NCBI GenBank assembly: GCA_041725915.1
Contig: JBGRPZ010000001.1
Coordinates: forward strand, 2,198 to 66,197
DNA: 64,000 nucleotides
Origin: Hyphomicrobiales bacterium
GTDB lineage: Bacteria > Bacteroidota > Bacteroidia > Bacteroidales > JBGRPZ01
Direction: 5' to 3'
Both the position numbers and the translations under genes were made by a program. The notes beneath the pieces are model-generated. The model searched no databases and was not told the DNA's origin. It saw only the letters and a program-made list of their open reading frames with translations. Numbering within the stretch: the stretch's first letter is position 1; each line of letters opens with the position of its first letter. Shown here piece after piece: positions 20,796 to 30,300 of this stretch.

Positions 20796-20812
20796 TGTTT
20801 CATAATGAAACA
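20796..20812. promoter_or_regulatory. Putative enhancer (UAS): perfect 8+1+8 palindrome TGTTTCATAATGAAACA
   Basis: Arms TGTTTCAT/ATGAAACA are exactly complementary. The site is about 87 bp upstream of the sigma-54-like element. Confidence 0.5.
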
Positions 20813-20909
20813 GAAAAGATATGGCTTATCAAAGATAATGTTTGGAAGTGCAATACAGCTCTCCCAAACACCATTAGATAATTAACTCATTATAAATTCA
20901 TCAAATAAA

Positions 20910-23264
20910 TTACTCATTCTTAATCACATCAATAGGATTCAACCTTGATGCTTTCATTGCCATATAGCTTACTGTTAACATAGTTATAAACAAACTTACA
21001 ATCAAAGCTAAAACGAAGAAGTACCATTTGAAACTGATATGACTCACAAAATTGTTGAGCCAGTCATTCATAAAGTAATATGCTATTGGCCATGCAATGA
21101 TGTTAGCTATAAATACAAGAATGATATATTCTTTGGCTTGCATTCGAATCAGACTGCTCTCATGAGCACCTAGTACCTTCCTTATACCTATCTCTTTTGT
21201 TCTTTGTTCAGCCATAAATGCCGATAGCCCAAATAATCCAAGGCAAGCGATGAAGATCGAGAAGATAGCAAAGAAGGCAAACATCTCAGATAGTCTTTCT
21301 TCTTTCTTATATTGTCTATTGAAAGTTTCATCTAAGAATCTCATATAAAAATTATAGTGACTATAATTTTTAGACCAATAGTCCTCCAAAAAGTTAATCC
21401 CATTAACCGTCTGCCCCTTCTCAAGCTTTACAATTAATAAGTCCTTACAAAAGTTATTTTTACTTAGCAATAAAGCAATTGGAGGTACGCCTTTTGCAGG
21501 GTTATTAACATAATAATCCTTGCAAACTCCTATTACTTTCACACTACCCACAAACATATCAGCCTTTTCACCAACCACCTCTGTACTAAACTTTTTAGCA
21601 GCAGTTTCATTCAAAATACAGTAATTAGTAGTATCATTTTTCTGATGCCTGCTAAACTTCTCGCCTTTCAGCATTTCCATCTCAAACAAATCAAAGTAAT
21701 TCTCATCAACAGGGTATACCATAATTTCGCAGTCTTCATTATTTATAGATGCCCCCCAAGCCATTTGTTTAAACCCAGGAGGAGAATATGCAAAAGAAGA
21801 ACTCTTTATATATGGAGATTGATTCAACTCATCTAAGACAGAAGCATCTTGCTTTATTATCTTCTTATTGAGCCCTATAAATACAACTTGCTCTTTATTA
21901 AATCCCAGATTCTTATTCTTTATGTAGTTGACTTGAGATAAAATAACTATCGTAGAGATAATAAGTATAACAGACACAACAAACTGGATTACTATCAACA
22001 CTCTACGCATCCTTAATCCCTTCAATCCTCTATCTAGTTCACCCTTTATAGCTTTTATTGGTGAAAAAGAAGAAATAACTAATGCGGGGTATAGTCCTGC
22101 AATAATCCCCAGAAATATTGCTCCTAAGATACTTCCATATAAGAATATTCCTCCTTGTTGGTATATACTTAGACTCATCGTTTCACTTAAATATGATGCG
22201 ATAGGAGTAATGACAATTTCTAAAAACACCAAAGAGATAATCAAGGCCGTTAGGCAAGTAATCACAGATTCTAAGATCAATTGCATAAATATCGATCTCT
22301 TGCTCACTCCCATAACCTTTCTTACTCCAATCTCTTTTGCTCTTTTATTTGCAATAGAAGAAGTAAGATTGATAAAATTAAAACCCGCAATCAATATTAT
22401 AAGAATCCCTATACATAAATAGGTGTATATCAAATCTAAATTCCCCTTTCCATGCCTTGAAAAGGATATATCAGAAAAGTATATTTCAGATATTGGCACT
22501 AATCTGAACTCTTCTCTTGCGGGCATCTGGTTGTTACCTCCCAATTCTTTCACAAAATCTTCAGCTGCTTTATAGATTTCCTGAGTCGCATCTTCTATAT
22601 TCGCATTATCATTGAGTCGCAAATAATGACAATAACTAGATATGTTCCAATCCCCTTGTGCTCGAACTCCTTTGTCATGAACAACAACATTAAATTTACG
22701 GCTACTATTAGAAGGGAAATCCTCAAAAACTCCAGTAACAACTAAATTCTCTTTTGCCTTGGAGTTTACATTTATAGACTGTATTTGCCTTCCTACAGGG
22801 TTCTCATTTCCAAAAATAGCCTTTGCTTTAGATTCAGATAACAGTATTGAATTGTGCTCTCTTAAAGCTGTTTGAGGATCACCAAATATCAAAGGATATT
22901 CAAAGACTTTCAAATAATTAGAGTCTACTTCTATAGCCGTTACATTATATTGGTTATCATCGACTAATAATGTAGAATATACTCCACTGCTAAAAGTATA
23001 TACAAGTGTAAGTGCTTCTAAAGAAGGCATTTTATCTTCATAAATATTTGCCATTGGCACACTAATAACATCTGTACTCAAATACGCCCTTGCAATATGG
23101 TCTGCATTCTTAATATGTTTATCTGTAGTCAGCTCATGATTTACAAATAAGAAGATAACTAAAGCTATTGTAATTGCTATTGACAACCCAATAACATTAA
23201 GAAAGCTAAATAACTTATATCTCAGTAAACTTCTTACAGAGCTTCTAATATAATGCCCAATCAT
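20910..23264 (-). CDS. ABC transporter permease, FtsX/MacB-like
   Basis: 784 aa, paralog of 18267-20615 with the same architecture. It lies 22 nt downstream of the ATPase gene, so it is probably co-transcribed. Confidence 0.9.
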   Translation of the reverse strand: MIGHYIRSSVRSLLRYKLFSFLNVIGLSIAITIALVIFLFVNHELTTDKHIKNADHIARAYLSTDVISVPMANIYEDKMPSLEALTLVYTFSSGVYSTLLVDDNQYNVTAIEVDSNYLKVFEYPLIFGDPQTALREHNSILLSESKAKAIFGNENPVGRQIQSINVNSKAKENLVVTGVFEDFPSNSSRKFNVVVHDKGVRAQGDWNISSYCHYLRLNDNANIEDATQEIYKAAEDFVKELGGNNQMPAREEFRLVPISEIYFSDISFSRHGKGNLDLIYTYLCIGILIILIAGFNFINLTSSIANKRAKEIGVRKVMGVSKRSIFMQLILESVITCLTALIISLVFLEIVITPIASYLSETMSLSIYQQGGIFLYGSILGAIFLGIIAGLYPALVISSFSPIKAIKGELDRGLKGLRMRRVLIVIQFVVSVILIISTIVILSQVNYIKNKNLGFNKEQVVFIGLNKKIIKQDASVLDELNQSPYIKSSSFAYSPPGFKQMAWGASINNEDCEIMVYPVDENYFDLFEMEMLKGEKFSRHQKNDTTNYCILNETAAKKFSTEVVGEKADMFVGSVKVIGVCKDYYVNNPAKGVPPIALLLSKNNFCKDLLIVKLEKGQTVNGINFLEDYWSKNYSHYNFYMRFLDETFNRQYKKEERLSEMFAFFAIFSIFIACLGLFGLSAFMAEQRTKEIGIRKVLGAHESSLIRMQAKEYIILVFIANIIAWPIAYYFMNDWLNNFVSHISFKWYFFVLALIVSLFITMLTVSYMAMKASRLNPIDVIKNE

Positions 23265-23286
23265 AATATTTACCCCACTTTATATA

Positions 23287-23961
23287 TTAATTACTTTGCT
23301 CTTTTATAACTTCCCCATCGAAAAGATTCACTATTCTTGTAGCATATTCTGCATCACGCATAGAGTGTGTTACCATTATTATTGTTGCTCCCTTTTTATT
23401 CAAATCACTGAGCATCTCCATTACTTCTATGCCATGCTTTGAGTCAAGATTTCCTGTAGGCTCATCTGCTAGAATCAAGTTTGGCCTTGCCACCAATGCT
23501 CTGGAAATGGCTACACGTTGTTGTTGCCCTCCGGATAATTGCAAAGGAAAATGCTTTGCCCTATGATTTATACCTGTCTGCTCCAAAACTTCTGTTACTC
23601 TCTTCTTCCTCTCTGAAGCTTTAACCTTCAGATATATCAATGGAAGTTCAACATTTTCGAACACACTCAATTCATCAATTAAGTTGAAATTCTGGAAAAC
23701 AAAGCCAATATTCTGTTTTCTCATTTCAGCTCTTTCTTTTTCTGTATACCCTGAAACTTCATTATCCAAGAACTGGAAGCTCCCTTTTGTTGGATTATCT
23801 AACAATCCTAATATATTAAGCAAAGTGGATTTGCCACATCCTGAAGGCCCCATAATAGCAACAAATTCTCCCTTGCCTATCTTTAATGAAATGTTATTTA
23901 GTGCTGTCGTCTCTATTTCATCAGTTCTAAAGACCTTAGTAATCTTTTCTGTAATAATCAT
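23287..23961 (-). CDS. ABC transporter ATP-binding protein (MacB/LolD-type)
   Basis: Walker A GPSGCGKST, signature LSGGQQQRV, Walker B LILADEPTGNLD. I place the start at the internal ATG 23961 (MIITEKITKVF), because a sigma-54 promoter overlaps the longer track ORF that starts at 24009. Confidence 0.9.
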   Translation of the reverse strand: MIITEKITKVFRTDEIETTALNNISLKIGKGEFVAIMGPSGCGKSTLLNILGLLDNPTKGSFQFLDNEVSGYTEKERAEMRKQNIGFVFQNFNLIDELSVFENVELPLIYLKVKASERKKRVTEVLEQTGINHRAKHFPLQLSGGQQQRVAISRALVARPNLILADEPTGNLDSKHGIEVMEMLSDLNKKGATIIMVTHSMRDAEYATRIVNLFDGEVIKEQSN

Positions 23962-23985
23962 GATAAATGTTTTGCATATGCTCAA

Positions 23986-24001
23986 GGCAATGCCTGTGCC
24001 A
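23986..24001 (-). promoter_or_regulatory. Sigma-54 promoter, canonical TGGCAC-N5-TTGC
   Basis: Minus strand reads TGGCACAGGCATTGCC, 25 nt upstream of the ATG at 23961. Confidence 0.7.
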
Positions 24002-24065
24002 ATAAACATGAACTCGCTATTATCAATGATTTACAAGAAACCAATCCATCATAAATGACTATTTA

Positions 24066-24082
24066 TGTTTCAAGCTGACACA
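24066..24082. promoter_or_regulatory. Putative enhancer (UAS) site TGTTTCAAGCTGACACA
   Basis: TGT-N11-ACA dyad about 65 bp upstream of the sigma-54 promoter. Confidence 0.45.
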
Positions 24083-24088
24083 AATATA

Positions 24089-24105
24089 TGTTTCAATGTG
24101 GAACA
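24089..24105. promoter_or_regulatory. Putative enhancer (UAS) site TGTTTCAATGTGGAACA
   Basis: TGTTTC-N5-GGAACA, starting 23 bp after the start of the first site. Confidence 0.45.
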
Positions 24106-24113
24106 TGTAAAAT

Positions 24114-24139
24114 AAAAAAGGCTGACAATATTGCCAGCC
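24114..24139 (-). terminator. Rho-independent terminator after the HIT gene
   Basis: GGCTGGCAA/TTGTCAGCC hairpin (one mismatch), followed on the minus strand by a T6 run. Confidence 0.6.
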
Positions 24140-24166
24140 TTTTCTATAAACTTATATAATTTCTTT

Positions 24167-24574
24167 TTATGCATTCTTATCTTGAAATGCTTTACTAATC
24201 TTTTCAGATATCTCCAAGAGTTCTTCTTGACTCAACTGTAGTTTTGGTTGTTTAAAGTCCATATCATATATGCTATTGATAGGAATTAAATGAATGTGAG
24301 CATGAGGGACCTCAAGTCCAATAATTGTAATACCAATCTTTTTACACTCAATTACACTCTCTATAGCTAAACCAACTTTCTTAGCAAAGGAAAATAAATC
24401 CTTATAAAGTCCATCCTCGATATCCAGAATATAATCTATCTCTTTTTTGGGAATTACTAGAGTGTGACCTTTAGCTAACGGATTTATATCAAGAAAAGCA
24501 TAAAAGTTGTTATCCTCAGCTATTTTGTATGAAGGTATCTCACCATTTATTATTTTAGTGAATATGCTACTCAT
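24167..24574 (-). CDS. HIT (histidine triad) family nucleotide hydrolase
   Basis: 135 aa. HxHxHxx motif in VPHAHIHLIP; N-terminal FTKIINGEIP. Confidence 0.9.
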   Translation of the reverse strand: MSSIFTKIINGEIPSYKIAEDNNFYAFLDINPLAKGHTLVIPKKEIDYILDIEDGLYKDLFSFAKKVGLAIESVIECKKIGITIIGLEVPHAHIHLIPINSIYDMDFKQPKLQLSQEELLEISEKISKAFQDKNA

Positions 24575-24625
24575 AAAGCAAAAGATTTAAATTTGTGAGA
24601 TAAGTAATTCTATATAAATACTTAA

Positions 24626-25099
24626 CTAGCGACTAATTTCGACAATCTCAAAAGGAATAACACCCGCAGGTACATTAATTTCGGCAGTATCTCCAACAGC
24701 TTTTCCTAACAATCCTTTTGCAATAGGAGAGTCAACAGAAATCTTACCTGCTTTTAAGTCTGCTTCTTTCTCAGGAACAAGCGTGTAAGTCATAACAGCA
24801 TTATTCTTGAGATTCTTTATTTTAACTTTTGATAAGATATAAACTTTAGTATTATCAAGTTTAGACTCATCAATAATTCTAGCTGTGGCAATAGTATGTC
24901 TAAGTTTAGAGATCTTCATCTCCAACATACCCTGAGCCTCCTTAGCTGCATCATACTCAGCGTTCTCAGAAAGGTCTCCTTTATCTCTTGCTTCAGCAAT
25001 TTGCTGAGAGATCCTAGGACGCTCAACAAACTCCATATTCTCAAGTTCTTTTTTCAACTTTCTGAGCCCCTCTTCAGTAAAATATTTTGATTCTGACAT
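24626..25099 (-). CDS. greA: Transcription elongation factor GreA
   Basis: 157 aa. Coiled-coil N-terminus with RDKGDLSENAEYDAAKE; C-terminal ISVDSPIAKGLLGK. Confidence 0.95.
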   Translation of the reverse strand: MSESKYFTEEGLRKLKKELENMEFVERPRISQQIAEARDKGDLSENAEYDAAKEAQGMLEMKISKLRHTIATARIIDESKLDNTKVYILSKVKIKNLKNNAVMTYTLVPEKEADLKAGKISVDSPIAKGLLGKAVGDTAEINVPAGVIPFEIVEISR

Positions 25100-25212
25100 T
25101 ATAATTTATGATTTAGGGTTTCATTAATAGACAATAAAAAAGAGACCCCTAATATCAATTAAGGGCCTTTTCTTGCTTAGATATTTGCAAATGTACAAAA
25201 AATATATCGCTT

Positions 25213-25866
25213 TTAAAACTTCATTAATTCTTTGTTATTCCTCTCAATTGTATCCATTAAATAGGTATAACTTTCAGGTCCTTTATTCATTAATAAATCT
25301 AATACACTCAAATTAGATTTAAATCCATGCTTTTCAGAAAACACTTGATAATATTCATCAAAATATGTTAATGGAGATGTTTTCTTTGGATGAATTACAG
25401 ATCGTAATTCGACTTCTTCACCATAAGCAATAAAAGAACTGGAGAAAGAGAATTTTATGTCTATATCTATTAATTCACAAACGAGCTTAAAAAGTTCGGT
25501 ATTGTAATCTACTAGTTCTTCTTTTCTATTAAGAATCACTCCTTTTAGTTCATCTTTATAATATAAAAAATATGGAGATGAACTATATGATGTTTCTATG
25601 GTTTTCCAGACCCTTATATCCCAATCTTCTTGAAAAGAAATCCCCATATCTTTCATATTAGTATGGTTTCCTTTTGTCTTTATCACAGGGATGTTTAAAT
25701 CTAAAACTCCATTTGGAGATAGTATTCTCGCTCTATTCCTATATGTCTGCTTCGAATAGTTTTCGTGAATATCAATAACTATACTCTTACTCCATAAGGC
25801 AATTGCCATATAATCAACAGAAGGTAGAAAAACACTGGGAAATAACAAACTTTGTTTAGTATTCAT
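25213..25866 (-). CDS. WbqC-family protein
   Basis: 217 aa. WbqC-like N-terminus LLFPSVFLPSVDYMA...YSKQTYRNRARILSPNGVLDLNIPV. Confidence 0.75.
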   Translation of the reverse strand: MNTKQSLLFPSVFLPSVDYMAIALWSKSIVIDIHENYSKQTYRNRARILSPNGVLDLNIPVIKTKGNHTNMKDMGISFQEDWDIRVWKTIETSYSSSPYFLYYKDELKGVILNRKEELVDYNTELFKLVCELIDIDIKFSFSSSFIAYGEEVELRSVIHPKKTSPLTYFDEYYQVFSEKHGFKSNLSVLDLLMNKGPESYTYLMDTIERNNKELMKF

Positions 25867-26159
25867 TTAGCTCAATTCTTTTGCCGCAAGTTTATGAAAA
25901 AGAAATGATAAGAAAAAGGAAATTATTACCAAAGCCATCTTCTGTCTCCTTATAATGGGCATTAGACAATCTAAATCTACAAGGGATTGATTTCAATCTT
26001 TTTGTTAAAACATGTGCCTTTTTCTCACTGAAAACTCTCCTGCCTAAGATTTAATTAAATGCTTTTATAGACTGAAATGCGCCCTTAAGAAAAAACTCAA
26101 ACTATTATTTTAAAGTAACTTAATATTATTTATAGGTCAGACAAGAAAACTATCATCAA

Positions 26160-26184
26160 TAAAAAAGCCCGGCTAAGCCGGGCT
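26160..26184 (-). terminator. Rho-independent terminator closing the three-gene outer-membrane operon
   Basis: AGCCCGGC-TAA-GCCGGGCT hairpin with a T-run on the minus strand, 27 nt after the stop at 26211. Confidence 0.8.
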
Positions 26185-26210
26185 TTATCAGAAATATTCT
26201 AAATATAAAA

Positions 26211-27281
26211 TTAGAAGTTCAATTTAACACCGATTCTATGAGTACCTTCAAAAGAATCTGTATCACTATATGAGTAATCTATACCAAAACTACTTCCTGT
26301 CTCCTTGTTAATAGGAATCTCAATAGTTGCTCCTAAATTTAATCCAGTAGGCGCAACTAAACGTTCAGAATTAGTAATTTCATCAGTAGAATGTGCTTCA
26401 TATGCATAACCTGCACGAACCATGAAGTAATCCTTAAAGCTATACTCACCACCAGCAATAAATATATCCTGAGTGAAAGAGTTTGATTGAAAAGTACCTG
26501 CTAGAGTAAATCTCTGACGATCTGAAAACAAGAAATCATAACCAAATCCAATAGATAAACTAGCTGGTAATTCAAAATCTTCAGCTCTTTGCTCTAAAGT
26601 ATTCTGAAGGTCTGATTTTTTATCAAGATACGCTCTAAGAGATAGACCATCACCTGAATAAGACATGGTTGGCCCAATATTCTTTAAAGTGATACCAAAT
26701 TTGATATTCTCCTCTTCTCCAGTGACATACTGAATACCTGCGTCAATAGCAAATCCTGTAGCAGATAAATCAGAAATTGATTGAGATATAATCTTCATGT
26801 TAAAACCACCAAAGATACTGCTAGAGAATGCTTTTGCGTAAGCAACATTAATATTCATGTAATTCGGCTTAAAAGTCGCTCCAGTTCCATCAGGGCTTCC
26901 ATATGTAGTTACAGGAATTTCACCAAAACCCATACTCATCACACTAACACCTAAAACAGAAGACTCTCCAATTCTTTGGGCAAAACCAAACGAATTGATT
27001 GAAATATCAGAGCCCTTCAACCATTGTGTATTATTGAATAGTATCTCTGTCTTTCTAGTATGAGCTAAACCTGCTACATTCAGCCACTGAGCTTCTAAGC
27101 CTCTAATATTAGCAACACCTACATTACCCCACCCAGCAGATCTTGCCCATGGGTTAATTAATAACTCAGGAGCTCCGGCTTGTCCTGAGCGATCTTTGTT
27201 ACCTGCTTGAGCTCCATCAAATGGAATAGAAATCATTCCAAATAATAGAACAGCAACTAAGTACCTATATATATTCTTCAT
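26211..27281 (-). CDS. PorV/PorQ-like outer-membrane beta-barrel protein
   Basis: 356 aa with a signal peptide. N-terminal block GQAGAPELLINPWARSAGWGNVGVANIRGLEAQWLNVAGLA resembles the PorV/PorQ signature (..AR..G.G...vA......NPAGLA). Alternating beta-strand pattern, ending in ...GVKLNF. Confidence 0.6.
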   Translation of the reverse strand: MKNIYRYLVAVLLFGMISIPFDGAQAGNKDRSGQAGAPELLINPWARSAGWGNVGVANIRGLEAQWLNVAGLAHTRKTEILFNNTQWLKGSDISINSFGFAQRIGESSVLGVSVMSMGFGEIPVTTYGSPDGTGATFKPNYMNINVAYAKAFSSSIFGGFNMKIISQSISDLSATGFAIDAGIQYVTGEEENIKFGITLKNIGPTMSYSGDGLSLRAYLDKKSDLQNTLEQRAEDFELPASLSIGFGYDFLFSDRQRFTLAGTFQSNSFTQDIFIAGGEYSFKDYFMVRAGYAYEAHSTDEITNSERLVAPTGLNLGATIEIPINKETGSSFGIDYSYSDTDSFEGTHRIGVKLNF

Positions 27282-27320
27282 ATTAGCCGTTTTTATTTTA
27301 TCAATAACTCCTTGAATTAA

Positions 27321-30300
27321 TTAAAATTTGTTGAGATCAATTTGTCTCAATGTTCCAAACCATTTAATTACACGCTCACCTTGATTAGATTTTACATGTA
27401 TTAAGTAAATTCCACCTGCTATAGGAACTCCAGCAAAGTTCTTTAGATCCCAGTCAATTGAAGATACATTATCTGTATCTTTTCTATATTGGCGAATCTT
27501 AGTTCCATTTACATTATAAATGGTTACTTCACATTCATCTGGTAAGTTTGTGATCTTTACTCTATTATCAAGCGCATTTCTCTCATAACTTGAATAAGCA
27601 TAATATGGATTAGGAACAACATTAATCAAATCAAGATCAGATTGATGTTTAGCAGAACTATTAAATTCAGGAGCAACGTTTTTCGTTATGATCTCATAAG
27701 CAGGATTATTATCATTTATCTTATGCTTCTCAGGTAATCCTGATAAGGTGTTTGGATATCCCGCCATCATGTATTTCTCATAAGGTTTTGTAACACGAAT
27801 AGCTATTTTTACATCATTGTTTAGCCACTCCTGATTTCTTACACCCATTAAATACCCTGCATATACAGCAGGTTTCCAGACATTATATTCGAATTTCTTA
27901 CGTGTGTTTGGACTAGGAATACTTTCTAACCATCTAAGTTTAGACATCATATTCTTACATGCATCATATGCTCCAAACTCAAATCGCTCACCATCATTAT
28001 AAGAGGTGTCTATACCCATAACATAAAAGGCATGCTTTCCTCCAGCAAGAACAGCTCCAGAACCTTGTTCAATAATATTTGGGTCAAGAGGTGAAGGTTT
28101 TCTCAAATCCCTTTCTGTTGGATTAAATATCATGTCATCACCATTCTGATCAGATAAAAAGCTATCCTCTCCGAAAATAATGTTCAATCTAGCCCCTGTT
28201 TCTAAATCAATAGCATATCCTGGGAACCATCCCATTCCTGTAGAACTGATATAATTAGGACTATTAGGATCATTGTTTGCAGGAGCATCAATATCAGCAA
28301 AATTTCCATCTTTATCAACAGAAGGAGATTTTCTTGGATAATATTTATCTCCGCCATCTTGTGATAATAGAGGATCTTGACACATCTCAAGAACAACAGA
28401 ACGAGTCCATTTTGATTTATCGTTTGTCAATACAATATCAACTGATGGTATCTTATTCAGAATCTCAATTGATGATTTAGAAACATAATTCTTAATTAGT
28501 CCAAGTGGTTTATTCTGACTATTAGAAGCTAATACACCAACAGGAGCTACTATTCCATCTGCTATCTTACCAAAAACACCAGATTTGTCAGCAAAGAATG
28601 TTCGCCCAATTTTAGTATCAGCAAGGTTTATTGCAGGTGAATGGTAATTTCCTGCACGAATCCAGTTTAAGTCATTACCTACAAAGTCAACATCATTTAC
28701 TCCTGATAACCATTTTTTTGTACTATCAGCATATTTTACATATGATTCGATTAGGCCATTATTATCAGAAAGTTCTTCATAAATAGTATTTCTTACAGGC
28801 CCACTAGCTGTTGTTTGTATAAAGTATCCTGCTTTATGTACTCCAGGATTAAATGTTTGGCTTAAGGATACAGAAATACCTGCAGAAGCGAATATTTGCT
28901 CGTTAGATTCACTTATTGGAACATCAGATGAATATTTCTTACCATTAATTTCTAATGTCCAATCATAAGTATCAAACAATATAGTATCATTAGTGGCTCC
29001 CTGAAGCTCAGAAACATCTCTCTTAACAGCCTTTCTAGGGTTGTTCATACGAAGAATATATTTTCCGTTTTTCAGTTTTAAAGGATCAATAACCTTTATA
29101 TTTAAAGGTCCTTTTCCTTGCTTATATACAGGATTGTATAATACAGGATAACTCTCGTTTCCATATTCATCAATAGAGCCTGCTGGAGCTTTTGCTAAAA
29201 GTTTCTCTACAGACTCATCTGTTAATTCAAGCTCTAATCCACCATTTCCACGACCTTGAAGCCTCTTAACTTCAAAACCTGAACCATATTCAGAATTTAG
29301 TTTAGCTCCATTTACAGTTTTGTGAGGTATTGCTGTATATAATTTTATATTCTTTCTACTATCAATATATGGAAGTTTCTGACCGTTTACATATGCACTG
29401 TTTGGATCAGTATTCTTATAAGGTAAATATTGATTCACAGCATATGCAATTGCCATGTAATAATATGTTTTATGATTTACTAACACATCATTAGTAGTAC
29501 CAAACAAATCTTCATCAATAACAAAAGAATGCTGAATACCTCTATTTTCTCCTTTCACCTTAGTTACAGGAACTTCCATACCAGAAACATCATCAGACTC
29601 CATATTTGTCAATGTAGTGAATCTGTTTTTCTTGTCAAATTGAGCAACAATTCTCGCTTTATCTGGATTATCTAATTCATCTGGTCCAACTTTATCATTT
29701 AATAATTGATAAATAATATATCCCTCAAATGTATATGTAGTATCCTTATAAAAATCTATTGTATTAATATCCTCAGGAAGAATAAGTGTCTTAGGACGAT
29801 AGTCATATGATTCCTTATAGTTGTTCGAATTCTTCTCGTTACTAATATAACATATTAGCTTATTATCATATTCTGAGAATGATAAGGATGGAGCATCAGG
29901 ACCTTCAGGAACTCTAAAACAATCCTCAAATAATGCTTGACATTTATCATCAACTTTTCTTAGCAATTCTACAGAAGACCAATTATCACCACTAGTAGCT
30001 CTTGCCCATGGAATACCTACTGTAATATAGTTTACTGCTCCAGGCTTCAAGGTAAAAGGACCAGCTGATTGCATAAAACGTCTATCACCAGGTTCATTAC
30101 CAATAGTTTTTTCAGTCCATAATAAACCATTTCCATATTCTCCACTAGGAGGACTCCCTTTAGTACCCCAGTCACAAGGATCTGTATCTCCAGGAAACAT
30201 AAAGTCACAATCAGGACCTGTTGATTTTTCATCAGATCTGTGTCCATTACCTCCATAAGACATTCTTGAGTTATCTTTCCAGATACCTCTCAAATAGTTA

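Noticed and set aside
20846-20866. Alternative sigma-54 site (GGAGAGCTGTATTGC on the minus strand) for the second permease
   Set aside because: The GG-to-GC spacing is one nt too long. The site also lies upstream of the palindromic dyad rather than between the dyad and the gene.
23684-24058. 124-aa plus-strand ORF
   Set aside because: It is antisense to the well-supported ABC ATPase gene and has no motif. The same reasoning applies to the other antisense shadow ORFs in the track, for example 42954-43367, 48655-49062, 61953-62333, 8320-8589 and 14045-14290.
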